NCBI GenBank assembly: GCA_040905385.1
Contig: JBBDRP010000002.1
Coordinates: forward strand, 149,337-213,336
Length of the DNA: 64,000 bases
Reading direction: 5' to 3'
Source: Minisyncoccota bacterium
GTDB lineage: Bacteria; Patescibacteriota; Minisyncoccia; Phycocordibacterales; SW-6-46-9
Part shown: one piece after another, positions 1-11,142 of the stretch
Position numbering within the stretch: the stretch's first letter is position 1
How the letters are laid out: each line of letters starts with the position of its first letter
Made by a program: the position numbers and the translations under genes
Notes under the pieces: generated by a model
Told to the model about the DNA's origin: nothing
Databases searched by the model: none
The model's input: only the letters and a program-made list of their open reading frames with translations

Positions 1-232
1 AATCTCACTCCTTGTTTTGCGGGCTCGCAGGCCGCCCCTCGGCATCGTTGCGTCGCCAAGCTCCTCACGATATGCCTGCGGCCTTCAATTCCCCCACGAA
101 AGCAAAGCAGTTTGTCGGGAGTCGCCGTTAGGTCTCGAAATGAATAACAAGTGTCCCGTAAAATTCGCTGCGCTCATCACGGGACTACCACGTAAAGGAG
201 CCTCACTGCGTTCGACTCCCGCGGCGGAGCCA
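1..232. repeat. Composite palindromic element (partial, runs off the left edge)
   Basis: Nested hairpins (gtcccgt..acgggac; ggag-CTCAC-tgc-GTTCG-actcc). Shares aaagcaaagcagtttg with 11162-11177, and 3-35 resembles the reverse complement of ~20175-20205. Confidence 0.6.
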
Positions 233-240
233 CGTGATAA

Positions 241-270
241 AAAACACCACCTTTAGCAGGTGGTGTCTTT
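241..270. terminator. Intrinsic terminator downstream of tmRNA
   Basis: acaccacct-ttagc-aggtggtgt hairpin with A/T tracts on both sides. Confidence 0.75.
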
Positions 271-279
271 TATTTTACG

Positions 280-676
280 TGGTGGAGATGTCGGGAGTCG
301 AACCCGAGTCCGCGCACGCAGAAGAGGAGACTCTACATGCTATAGCTCGCGTTTGAAATTTAACGGCGAGGGGTAAAACGCGGGCGAACGTAACTCGCCG
401 CGAGCCTCTTTGAATTCAAAATCCGGCTGGAGACACAGCGGATTTCTACTCCCGATGATATATCACTAGCGGTACCCTATCGGGTGTCCGGTACATAGTG
501 GCTTAGGCGTGTATTTACGCGTAAGCGAGTGCAAAGTCATTAGCGCTAAAGTAGCGAGACTGTACACCGGTAGTTTCGTTAGAAGCTACACATATAGGTT
601 CCCGAGGATTTACGTGGATCGAGACCACGAGCATGCACTCACACCTCTGTAGTGCGTGTCGAAGCCGGTCATCCCC
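280..676 (-). ncRNA. ssrA: tmRNA
   Basis: 5' GGGGATGACCGGCTTCGAC and 3' GGGTTCGACTCCCGACATCTCCACCA. Acceptor stem has G3:U, internal tag ORF 586..515 ends ALAYA*, and smpB is nearby. Confidence 0.96.
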
Positions 677-712
677 GCTGCAGGGCTAAAGATTATGTAA
701 TAATGAGCACAT

Positions 713-1069
713 ATGAAAATAAATTTACGTGGATTTCTTATTGGTCTTGGTATTTCAATCTGTATTTTAGCGTTACCAGTAATTTATTTCTATTGGTTGA
801 TGCCACACGATTACTTCGCTTCATGTGATAAGGAAGGACAAAAAATTGTAGCCGAGGAAGTTTTGGAAAGACATTGGAAAACAATAACCAGACAAGAGAT
901 TATTCCTGGAAGTTTTTTGCCAAAGTGTGGAACGGTAGACAATCCGACTGACATGGGTAAGTCTGAAGGTCCAATAATGTGGAGTTGTTATGCATGTACG
1001 GGTGAAGTCATAGAAGAGAATGGTCGTAATATGTGCTACGGAACTGCTTACATGTGCTCAGGTATTTAG
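713..1069 (+). CDS. Hypothetical membrane-anchored Cys-rich protein
   Basis: 118 aa, N-terminal TM helix, several Cys, TAATAAT just upstream of ATG. Confidence 0.7.
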   Translation: MKINLRGFLIGLGISICILALPVIYFYWLMPHDYFASCDKEGQKIVAEEVLERHWKTITRQEIIPGSFLPKCGTVDNPTDMGKSEGPIMWSCYACTGEVIEENGRNMCYGTAYMCSGI

Positions 1070-1145
1070 TATTAGCCACACAGCGTGAACGACCGACAAT
1101 GCGAGCTACGGCTAATTACTAACAGCTAAATGCTCGTAGCTCGCA

Positions 1146-1592
1146 TCAATATTCATTTTTTAAGGTGCGATCGACCTCTCGTTTCATGTCGCGCCGCTTG
1201 ATGTCTTCGCGCTTATCATAGCTCTTTTTCCCGCGTCCGACACCGATCTCTAGCTTGATTCGTCCACCTGAATTATACAAGCGAATGGGTACCAGCGCAA
1301 CCCCGTTTTGCTTCTCATATCCGGCCAGTTCAGCGATCTCATCTGCATGTAGCAGCAGCCGGCGCGTGCGGTAGGTATCAAAATCCTCTGGTGCATTGGC
1401 GGGCTGAAAAGGCGGGATGTGGGCATTAGTCAGCCAAGCCTCGCCACCGCGAACGACGACGTGCGACCCTTTTAGCGAACCCTCTTTCTTGCGAAGGCTT
1501 TTCACCTCAAAGCCAAAGAGCTCGATGCCGGCTTCATACGTCTGTTGTATCGCCACGTCGCGACGGGCGGTTTTGTTTCGTAGCAATGTCAT
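1146..1592 (-). CDS. smpB: SsrA-binding protein
   Basis: YEAGIELFG.EVKSLR, R.RRLLLH..EI and GKK.YDKRE motifs. Confidence 0.97.
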   Translation of the reverse strand: MTLLRNKTARRDVAIQQTYEAGIELFGFEVKSLRKKEGSLKGSHVVVRGGEAWLTNAHIPPFQPANAPEDFDTYRTRRLLLHADEIAELAGYEKQNGVALVPIRLYNSGGRIKLEIGVGRGKKSYDKREDIKRRDMKREVDRTLKNEY

Positions 1593-1656
1593 TACCGTGA
1601 TTATAACAGGTTAATCTTTTGTGCTCAGCCATCTTTGTGCGTATAATGACTTTCAC

Positions 1657-3579
<1,923 letters not shown>

Positions 3580-3613
3580 TAATCGTGCTTACTATTGATT
3601 TTTTATGCTTTAG

Positions 3614-3642
3614 ACCTCGCCTATTATTCGGCGAGGTTTTTT
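3614..3642 (+). terminator. ftsH terminator
   Basis: acctcgcc..ggcgaggt followed by a T-tract. Confidence 0.75.
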
Positions 3643-3734
3643 CTTTCTCTAGCCATCTATTCACTTGACATATTAATATAATAAGCTATTATATTAATCA
3701 GAAACAAGAACAGTAATTTAACAATGAGGTTACG

Positions 3735-4283
3735 ATGAAAGTATTAGGTAGAGGTAATTTTACGAAAAATCCGCATCCTGAATCAGACAATAATACACCA
3801 AAGTATCTTCAGGAAATTGATGAAACTTTCAATTTTCTTAAGCTACCAAGCAGGCATGAGGCGCTGAATGAAAATGAAGATATACTCAGGCAGTATCATT
3901 TTCCGTTAATACGAGAAGGTTTCATTTATGGAAGATTGGTTGTCACGAAAGAGAAGGAGTCATTTATTCAGATTCTTCATTTATTTGGTAGCGGTGAGGT
4001 GATTGCCGATATGTGTTGTAAGGAATATCAACTAGGTAAATCACCCTTGGAGGTTGATTGCGAGGCTCTACTGTCGTCTTTTTTGGGAGATACAAAAAAA
4101 GCATACGATGTCTCTAATCAACTTTCTCCAGAAAGGTCAGGTAAGGAGGCTCATCTGCTGGTAGTAGATTACTACAAATGGCTTTATCACAGCCGTGTCG
4201 CAGAAGAGGAGAGAAAATCAGATGATTTTCCGGCTCTCACTGAAAAGCAGATTAATCGGCTGCGAATTTTTCTGAATAAGTAA
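3735..4283 (+). CDS. Hypothetical protein
   Basis: 182 aa ORF with its own TTGACA/TATTAT promoter (3665-3692), GAGG SD and terminator; no recognised motif. Confidence 0.7.
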   Translation: MKVLGRGNFTKNPHPESDNNTPKYLQEIDETFNFLKLPSRHEALNENEDILRQYHFPLIREGFIYGRLVVTKEKESFIQILHLFGSGEVIADMCCKEYQLGKSPLEVDCEALLSSFLGDTKKAYDVSNQLSPERSGKEAHLLVVDYYKWLYHSRVAEEERKSDDFPALTEKQINRLRIFLNK

Positions 4284-4294
4284 CCATAATTCAC

Positions 4295-4327
4295 AAAGCT
4301 GCCCTGGCTATCCCGGGCAGCTTTTTT
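4295..4327. terminator. Bidirectional terminator
   Basis: aaagctgccc..gggcagctttttt between convergent genes. Confidence 0.8.
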
Positions 4328-4331
4328 ATAT

Positions 4332-6152
4332 CTAAAACGCCTCAGCGAGTCGTATTGAGTCTATGACCGGTCGTAGCATCCAGCGCGTTACTGCCCGCAG
4401 GGATTCGTGCTTGCTGATATAGTCAGCTATCGGCGGGCTGACAGTGTAGTAGGCGGCTACGAGCCCGCGTCCGAATCTGGATTCGAGAAGTACGGTATCA
4501 CGAAAGTCTCGAAGTACATCAATTTCGCTTGCAAGAGCTGTACCAAAGGCAGCTGTTGCGATAAAGCAGCCACCACCGCCAGAGCCTCCTCGAGTTCTTC
4601 CGTCGGTGTCAGGAACAATCTTTGCTTGGCAGGATACAGCCGTTTCCTCTCCGGTCACTGCTTCGATATCTGCGCTGGCTGTCTTTACACCCGAAGACGT
4701 GTAGGCAACCGAGGCAGTAGGTGAGCTTGTAGAGAGCCCGCCACTTCCTTTCCAGAATACAGAGGTAGTCGCTACGACTTTATTATCAGCATTGTGTCGG
4801 GAAGACGGATGCACATCGACACTCCAGTGAACACGGTCACCAATCTCAAAGTCATATCCATTTACGTTGCAGCTAAATCTCTGCAGTGTACTGGTGGCGC
4901 TAGTGGAGTCCTCTTCGGGAATTTCGATATTGCAAGAAAGCTCTGCATCATGTGGCCCGGATTCTACTAGTACAGTAGCTGATTTTTCTCCAGCGTCATC
5001 GCGGTCATAGGTCTGCTTAAATTGAGAGGACGAACTAACAACCTCACCATCGATTTCCCATCTATATTCATATGGTCGGTTTGTTTCACCGCCATTGATA
5101 TTTGAATTCCAATGGATCTGAACCTCGTCGTCGAAAATGCGCATTTGGACACTACAGGAACCTTTTAGCGGTGGGGTAATAATATTGATTACTTGTTGGC
5201 ACTGAATTGTTTCTTCGCGAGTTTCCTCATCATTGATTCTAGAACTTACGTCAAAACGAGCTGTTTTCTGACCTTCTGTATCATAGGTAGTCGAGATTTC
5301 CCGTCCTCGTCGAGAGATTCCATCAATTTCCCAGTCGTACCGATAGTTTCCGAAGCCTCCAACCGCAAAGGCCTTCCATTTAATCTGTTGATTGGTCATG
5401 ACCGTTTCCTGGGCTTCAAATACAAGCTCTGGTCGATCTTGATGAGAAGTAGAAACTTGGCAGGATCCAGATAATGGTGCATGGGGAAATTTTTCATAAA
5501 TGGCCTTTTGTAGCACCGGGAAGGTTCTAAGAGTTACAACACTGTAACCACGAGCATTTGGATGGATTCGGTCGCTTAAAGTGTACTCAGATCGAAACAC
5601 AATTTCATTAATAGCGTCTGGCATGAAGTACACATTCGTATCATTGGCTAAATTTCTAAATTCGCTCGTATAGTCAACAAATGTATAACCAGGAATATCA
5701 TAGGAGCCATGACCGAGAAGCACCACGGTAATTTCAGCCTCTTGTAGTCGATCGATTATTTCCCTTAGATTGGCAAAGGTTTCCTCTGCTGGTACGCGGC
5801 CATCATTATCAAAATCAGGAATTAAGTCAGCTCCGCCTCCATACAGAATCACGATATCCGGATCTTCACTCAATACCCGGTCCTGTAAATTATTCAAAAG
5901 TATTTCTGTCTCAGCTCCGTTTTGCCCTCTGTTAATAACGGTGTATTCGCTGCCCATCAGCCGCCCTAGTTGACCAGGAAGTGTTAGGGAATTGGTAACA
6001 CTTAAGCCCTCGATCAAACTATCACCGTAGGCGATTATTTTTGGTGCGGGGGATTGTGCGTGAGTGGTGTCAGATATAAAAAAGGCGGCAGCAATACCAA
6101 TTACAAGCAAGAGACCAAAAAGCAGTCGTGTAACTGTGATTATGGCTTTCAT
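4332..6152 (-). CDS. Secreted SGNH/GDSL hydrolase with PKD/Ig-like repeats and a C-terminal CFI-box-CTERM domain
   Basis: Signal peptide, GDSL block I (YGDSL), DRIHPN block V, beta-rich repeats (Y.WEIDG), GGGGCFIATAAFG...LRDFRD...YY..SPPIA tail. Confidence 0.85.
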   Translation of the reverse strand: MKAIITVTRLLFGLLLVIGIAAAFFISDTTHAQSPAPKIIAYGDSLIEGLSVTNSLTLPGQLGRLMGSEYTVINRGQNGAETEILLNNLQDRVLSEDPDIVILYGGGADLIPDFDNDGRVPAEETFANLREIIDRLQEAEITVVLLGHGSYDIPGYTFVDYTSEFRNLANDTNVYFMPDAINEIVFRSEYTLSDRIHPNARGYSVVTLRTFPVLQKAIYEKFPHAPLSGSCQVSTSHQDRPELVFEAQETVMTNQQIKWKAFAVGGFGNYRYDWEIDGISRRGREISTTYDTEGQKTARFDVSSRINDEETREETIQCQQVINIITPPLKGSCSVQMRIFDDEVQIHWNSNINGGETNRPYEYRWEIDGEVVSSSSQFKQTYDRDDAGEKSATVLVESGPHDAELSCNIEIPEEDSTSATSTLQRFSCNVNGYDFEIGDRVHWSVDVHPSSRHNADNKVVATTSVFWKGSGGLSTSSPTASVAYTSSGVKTASADIEAVTGEETAVSCQAKIVPDTDGRTRGGSGGGGCFIATAAFGTALASEIDVLRDFRDTVLLESRFGRGLVAAYYTVSPPIADYISKHESLRAVTRWMLRPVIDSIRLAEAF

Positions 6153-6223
6153 ATACTATTGATAATGTCATTTTTAAGTTGTATTGTCAATGCGATGTCA
6201 GTCCTTTAACTACATAAAATAAG

Positions 6224-6297
6224 TGCGCCCACCTGGATTTGAACCAGGGACCACGGCTGTATAAGAACCGCGCTCTACCAGACTGAGCTATAGGCGC
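6224..6297 (-). tRNA. tRNA-Ile(TAT)
   Basis: Cloverleaf GCGCCTA/TGGGCGC, anticodon arm CGGTT-CT TAT AC-AGCCG, T arm CCTGG-TTCAAAT-CCAGG; CCA not encoded. Confidence 0.92.
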
Positions 6298-6421
6298 ACT
6301 TATTTAACGAGTGCTGATTGATGCTGAGCATCTAAATAGTACGTCAGATAGGGGATTAATTCAATTTCTAAGAAGCTGCGTTTTTCAGATGTGTAATTCT
6401 TATATGCTAGTATAGGTCTGT

Positions 6422-7747
6422 ATGAATATAAAATTTACGCAAAGAACATTTATCATTATTGCAATTGTTGGAATTATGAGCAGTCCGATTTTTGTTTCTG
6501 CAGCCGATGATACTGATAAAGAGATATTTTCAGAAATATTACAAACAGCTACCTCTATTGTATTGGATATGCAGAATTCAGTCCGTAACGGTGATGGTGA
6601 GGTTAAAGGAGTACAGGATCAGCAGAATCTTCAGTTGACACTGAGTGCTTTAGACAAGACAGAGATGCGAGTTCAGATAATACAGCTTAAATACATTCTT
6701 CAGGGTTTAGTGGCTCAAATTAGTAATCGATCAATCGATTTATCTTCCTTGCGTGGTGATGTTGCTCATCTTAAAGATGTAGCTCTGAAGGCTCAAAATC
6801 ACCTCTCTTCAACTGATGCAAGAATAGCAAAGAATGAAGCAAGCCAGTTTCTGTCCTTAACCAGAGTTCTCTCTGAAGTTGCCGAAAAGAACAGTTCCTC
6901 AGTATTCAAGGATAATCTGGAAAAAACTGAAGAGGTAGTAACTCAGCTCCAGGAGAGCATTCGGGAAGCACTGGATGGAAACACAGTTAATCCAGGTGAC
7001 GATTCAAGCGATGAAGCAGAGACAATGTTTAGGTTCGAAAAAGATTATGCTGATTCGGGAGATCAGGTGTATTACCAGCACAGTATTGGGGTAGCGTATA
7101 AACAAACTCCAGATTGGGCGTACAACTATACCCTCGAATTTAAATGTGAAGATGTCGACATATTCCAAAAAGCAACCGGAGACATAGGTTGTAATGAATC
7201 TCTGAAATACAAATCAAATGGATCAAAAGAAACAAAGCGTCACGCCATAAAAATAGACAACCTGAGTAACTCCACGCAGGAGATTGAAGCAATTCTTGTA
7301 GTTACTGATAATGCTTCAGGGAAAGAAATTGGTCGTGCGAACGATGCGGTTGCTGTGCGGAAGAAAGGCACCAAAGGGCTTTTACAGGGTGTCTCAAAAC
7401 CGGACATTGAGCTAAGTCTAGAATCACGACGTGGCAGTGGGGATTGGGTTGGCTACTACGCTACCTGGGATGTTGCCAGTGAGGAAGAATCGGAGGTTGA
7501 TAAGTATAAGGTAACAACTCTACGGGAGGATATTAATGGTAAGGCTACGACAGTTGAATTTACGGAGGGTAACTCAATGTCAAGGCTTAACCCCAACGCT
7601 GGTGAAGATGATGGGTACTGTTACTATTTCTTCGTGCGAGTTGATGCTCTTGATCGTTCTGGAGACATAATCGCCACAGATAATGAGTCTGGTTGCTACA
7701 TGGCTGATGAAGAAAATGAGCCAGGAATCAATCCGCACAAAGGATAG
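6422..7747 (+). CDS. Hypothetical secreted protein (helical N-half, beta-rich/FN3-like C-half)
   Basis: 441 aa, signal peptide ending VSA-ADD. Confidence 0.75.
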   Translation: MNIKFTQRTFIIIAIVGIMSSPIFVSAADDTDKEIFSEILQTATSIVLDMQNSVRNGDGEVKGVQDQQNLQLTLSALDKTEMRVQIIQLKYILQGLVAQISNRSIDLSSLRGDVAHLKDVALKAQNHLSSTDARIAKNEASQFLSLTRVLSEVAEKNSSSVFKDNLEKTEEVVTQLQESIREALDGNTVNPGDDSSDEAETMFRFEKDYADSGDQVYYQHSIGVAYKQTPDWAYNYTLEFKCEDVDIFQKATGDIGCNESLKYKSNGSKETKRHAIKIDNLSNSTQEIEAILVVTDNASGKEIGRANDAVAVRKKGTKGLLQGVSKPDIELSLESRRGSGDWVGYYATWDVASEEESEVDKYKVTTLREDINGKATTVEFTEGNSMSRLNPNAGEDDGYCYYFFVRVDALDRSGDIIATDNESGCYMADEENEPGINPHKG

Positions 7748-7834
7748 AGGTAATTACAATTAAAATTAAGAGATTTCAAAAAATTTTTTTGAGTAATTTT
7801 TACTCTACCTTATCTGATAATCACTCCGTTCAGG

Positions 7835-7866
7835 AACCCAGCCTTTTACCGGGAAAGAGCTGGGTT
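7835..7866. terminator. Hairpin/terminator between convergent genes
   Basis: aacccagc..gctgggtt. Confidence 0.6.
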
Positions 7867-7875
7867 GTTCGTTAT

Positions 7876-10008
7876 TTACTCGAAATGTGCCATGTTGCGC
7901 AACGGGGCTACACGTGCCTCGGTGTCTGGGTGCTTTGCCAGCTGCGGATCTTCATCCAGCAGGGCAGCGGCCGCACTACCGGCTCGTTCAACCAGTGGTA
8001 GATTCTCCAGCGCCGCCATGGCGATGTCGGCCAGCCCGGACTGGCGAGCGCCGATCAGCGCACCAGGGCCGCGAATCTTCAGATCAGCCTGTGCTAGCTC
8101 GAAGCCATCGTTTGATTTCTCCAGCGCCTCCAGCCGCTTCTTGGTGCGCTCAGCTTTAATATCAGCAAAGAGAAAGCAGTGGGCTGCCATCTCGCTACGC
8201 TCCACGCGCCCACGCAGCTGGTGCAGCTGGGCCAGGCCGAAGTTCTCAGCATTTTCAATAATAATGGTGGTGGCGTTGGGAACATTCACCCCGACCTCGA
8301 CCACCGAGGTGGAGACAAGAATATCAATTTCGCCAGCGTCGAAGGTGTTCATGATCTCCTCCTTCTCTTTGTTGTTTATCCTCCCGTGGAGAGTACCGAC
8401 AGAGAAGTCAGGGAACTCTTTTTTCATCCGCTTTGTCATCTCCTCGACCGACATGGCATCTCGCGCATACCGATCATTTTCATCTGCCTTATCAATCTGC
8501 GAGCAGATCACGTACGCCTGCCGACCGGCCGATAGTTTCTCGCGTACCTTTTGGTACACATCCGGTCGATCATCGTCTGACACGACGGTGGTCTCGGCGC
8601 TTTGGCGGTTCAGGGGGCGTTCATCCAGGATGGACAGGTCTAGGTCGCCGTAGGCGGTTAGTGCCAGCGTGCGCGGAATCGGGGTGGCTGTCATGGAAAG
8701 TAGGTGGGGGAGCGGACCGTCTTTTTTGACTAGCTCGGCCCGCTGGTTGATACCAAACCGATGCTGCTCGTCGATTATCACGTAGGCGAGGTCCTTGAAC
8801 TGAACTTCCTTTTGAATCAATGAGTGCGTACCAACCAGCATCGAGATGACGCCTTCTTTAATCCATTTCAGTAGCTGGTTGCGAGAGATATCGGTTGCTT
8901 TTGTGTCATCAATTTTCGACGGAAACTTTCGGCAGCCGGATCCGGTAATCAGCGCCATCTCGATGGGAAGGTGGGCAAACATTTCAACAAAGCTGGCAAA
9001 CTGCTGGCGGGCTAGAATCTCGGTCGGTGCCATGTAGGCAACCTGTAGATTTCCAAAATCCCGACCCTTCGGTGGCGTATTCACAACACCGTAGGCGGTA
9101 GCGGCGGCCACAAAGGTCTTACCACTTCCAACATCACCTTCCAGTAGCCGGCTCATGGCATTATCGCTGGAGAGGTCATGGAGTACTTCCTCTATACTGC
9201 GTTGCTGTGCGTCGGTAGGGTCGAACTCGAAGCGATCGAAAAAGTCAGCCAAATCGTCGTAGCTCATCTGAATCTGGTAGCTTTCCTGATCGTCCAGCTG
9301 GCGTCGCAGCTGTTTTTTGGCTACCTGTACAGAAAACACTTCCTCAAAGGCAAAGCGTTTCTGGGCGACCTCGGCGTGCTGGATGCGTTTGGGGGCGTGG
9401 ATCCAGACCATGGCTGCCTTTATATCTGGTAGGTTAAGCTCCTCGCGGACTGGGCTGGGAATCGGATCACGCAGCTCGTCCAGTACATCGCCCTCTGAAA
9501 GAATCTGCTGAATTTTATGATAGATCCACTGGCTGGAGATGTCGCGCGTGCTGGGGTAGACGGGCAGCACAAAGCGGCCACCGGTGATATCAATCTCATC
9601 AACCGAGATCTTCTTGAACTCTGGGTTGGCGACCTCCAGCTTGCCACCTTTTTTCTTGAAGGTGCCGGTTAGTTTCACCGGCTGCTCGTCCTCGACCATC
9701 TTGGATATGTAGGCCTGGTGAAACCAGACGGCCGCCACACTACCGGTTCCGTCCTCCAACGTGCCGGTCGTCATCGGAATTCCTTGTCGGCGACTCTTCT
9801 TTGTCTGCAGGTTTTTTAGACGACCAAAAACGGTAACCTTCATATCGTCTTCCAGATCCTTGATCAGCACCGTCTGCTCGCGGTTGATGTACCGGCTTGG
9901 GAAGTGACGCAGCAGCTGGTTCACCGTCTGTATCCCAAGGGTTTCCAGCCCGTTTCTCTGTTTCGCCTGTAGCCGAAAGGCATCTGTAAGTAAGGTATCG
10001 AGGTTCAT
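7876..10008 (-). CDS. recG: ATP-dependent DNA helicase RecG
   Basis: RLLEGDVGSGKT, DEQHRFG, MTATPIPRTL, QLHQLRGRV, DLKIRGPG. Confidence 0.97.
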   Translation of the reverse strand: MNLDTLLTDAFRLQAKQRNGLETLGIQTVNQLLRHFPSRYINREQTVLIKDLEDDMKVTVFGRLKNLQTKKSRRQGIPMTTGTLEDGTGSVAAVWFHQAYISKMVEDEQPVKLTGTFKKKGGKLEVANPEFKKISVDEIDITGGRFVLPVYPSTRDISSQWIYHKIQQILSEGDVLDELRDPIPSPVREELNLPDIKAAMVWIHAPKRIQHAEVAQKRFAFEEVFSVQVAKKQLRRQLDDQESYQIQMSYDDLADFFDRFEFDPTDAQQRSIEEVLHDLSSDNAMSRLLEGDVGSGKTFVAAATAYGVVNTPPKGRDFGNLQVAYMAPTEILARQQFASFVEMFAHLPIEMALITGSGCRKFPSKIDDTKATDISRNQLLKWIKEGVISMLVGTHSLIQKEVQFKDLAYVIIDEQHRFGINQRAELVKKDGPLPHLLSMTATPIPRTLALTAYGDLDLSILDERPLNRQSAETTVVSDDDRPDVYQKVREKLSAGRQAYVICSQIDKADENDRYARDAMSVEEMTKRMKKEFPDFSVGTLHGRINNKEKEEIMNTFDAGEIDILVSTSVVEVGVNVPNATTIIIENAENFGLAQLHQLRGRVERSEMAAHCFLFADIKAERTKKRLEALEKSNDGFELAQADLKIRGPGALIGARQSGLADIAMAALENLPLVERAGSAAAALLDEDPQLAKHPDTEARVAPLRNMAHFE

Positions 10009-10012
10009 GATG

Positions 10013-10840
10013 TTAGTCGCTGGTTTTATACTGCCCGTTACTGTGGGTCAAAAATCCCTCCTTTTCGAGCTGTTTCAAATTACGCTCAACCGACTGCATG
10101 CGCTCGTTCTCCGCAATCAGCTCGGAAAACTCCTGCTGGATATCCGCCTCCTTAACCGGCTCGTGTTTCAGGACGAAGCGGGTTAGCTCGGCGCGCAGCT
10201 GCCGGTTGGACCCGACAAACTTCGACTGCTTCTGGTAGCTTTGGCTTTGGTTATTTATATTACCAACAGTGCTTTTTAGGTGAGCTCCGTAATCCATTAA
10301 CGCCCAGTACCACTCCTTGATATTTTTGTTCGGCAGTGTCTCCGCCACAAGCTCTTTAATATCATCATCACTAACATTCTCCGCGTTAGGCAGGAAGTGA
10401 TGGATAAAGACGGTACGAATATTTGTCTCCACAAACACCACCGGCTGCTGGTAGACAAATGCCTGCAGGGCACCGGCGGTGTAGGGACCGACACCTGGTA
10501 GGCTTAGCAGGTCTTCCTCGGTGTCTGGAAGCTGGCCGTTATATTTACCTGCCACCATTTCGCAGGCCCCCTTTACATACAGAGCCCGGCGGTTGTAGCC
10601 CAAACCCTGCCACCCTAAAAGCACCTCATTTTTCGGTGCTCGGGCGAGGCTTTCAAAGTCAGGAAACTTTTTCAGCCACGCATTGTATTTTGGCACTACC
10701 CGTGGTGCCTGTGTCTGCTGCAGCATCATCTCGGAAATATAAATCGCATACGGGTCCTCGGTCCGTCTCCACGGGAGATCATGCCGACCATTGCTATCGT
10801 AAAAATCCCAGACAAGCTGTTGAAATTCGGCTGGTTTCAT
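10013..10840 (-). CDS. mutY: A/G-specific adenine glycosylase, MutY-like, lacking the 4Fe-4S motif
   Basis: LPWR, SEMMLQQTQ, WQGLGYNRRA, HhH LPGVGPYTA; ATG at 10840 lies 7 nt after TATAAT. Confidence 0.88.
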   Translation of the reverse strand: MKPAEFQQLVWDFYDSNGRHDLPWRRTEDPYAIYISEMMLQQTQAPRVVPKYNAWLKKFPDFESLARAPKNEVLLGWQGLGYNRRALYVKGACEMVAGKYNGQLPDTEEDLLSLPGVGPYTAGALQAFVYQQPVVFVETNIRTVFIHHFLPNAENVSDDDIKELVAETLPNKNIKEWYWALMDYGAHLKSTVGNINNQSQSYQKQSKFVGSNRQLRAELTRFVLKHEPVKEADIQQEFSELIAENERMQSVERNLKQLEKEGFLTHSNGQYKTSD

Positions 10841-10884
10841 TAGTTGTATTATAACCCTTCTCTTTCTCACTCATTTCGCTTGTT

Positions 10885-10903
10885 GCGGAGGGGGAGGGAT
10901 TCG
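10885..10903 (-). repeat. 19-nt direct duplication of the tRNA-Ser 3' end
   Basis: gcggagggggagggattcg is identical at 10885-10903 and 10925-10943. Confidence 0.9.
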
Positions 10904-10925
10904 GTCACGAATATTACGAACAGAG

Positions 10926-11014
10926 CGGAGGGGGAGGGATTCGAACCCTCGGTACCCGTAAAGGCACACGTCCTTAGCAGGGACGCACAATCGACCAGAC
11001 TCTGTCACCCCTCC
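10926..11014 (-). tRNA. tRNA-Ser(GCT)
   Basis: GGAGGGG/CCCCTCC acceptor, CGTCC-CT GCT AA-GGACG, long variable arm, GAGGG-TTCGAAT-CCCTC. Confidence 0.95.
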
Positions 11015-11142
11015 GCTCTAACCGTAATTGGATTGTAAAAAAGATCAGGATTCTGCCACACATAAATTTTCTGACGAAAATTTTGTGTCGCCACATCTCG
11101 CGATCTTCGCCTTCAGCACAGCTGAAACTCAGATAACGCTCC

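Noticed and set aside
17-256. 79-aa ORF in the track
   Set aside because: It runs through palindromic repeat DNA and the tmRNA terminator and has no protein-like motif.
10885-10943. attL/attR of a prophage or genomic island at tRNA-Ser
   Set aside because: Only 21 nt separate the repeats and there is no integrase in the window; at most a scar.
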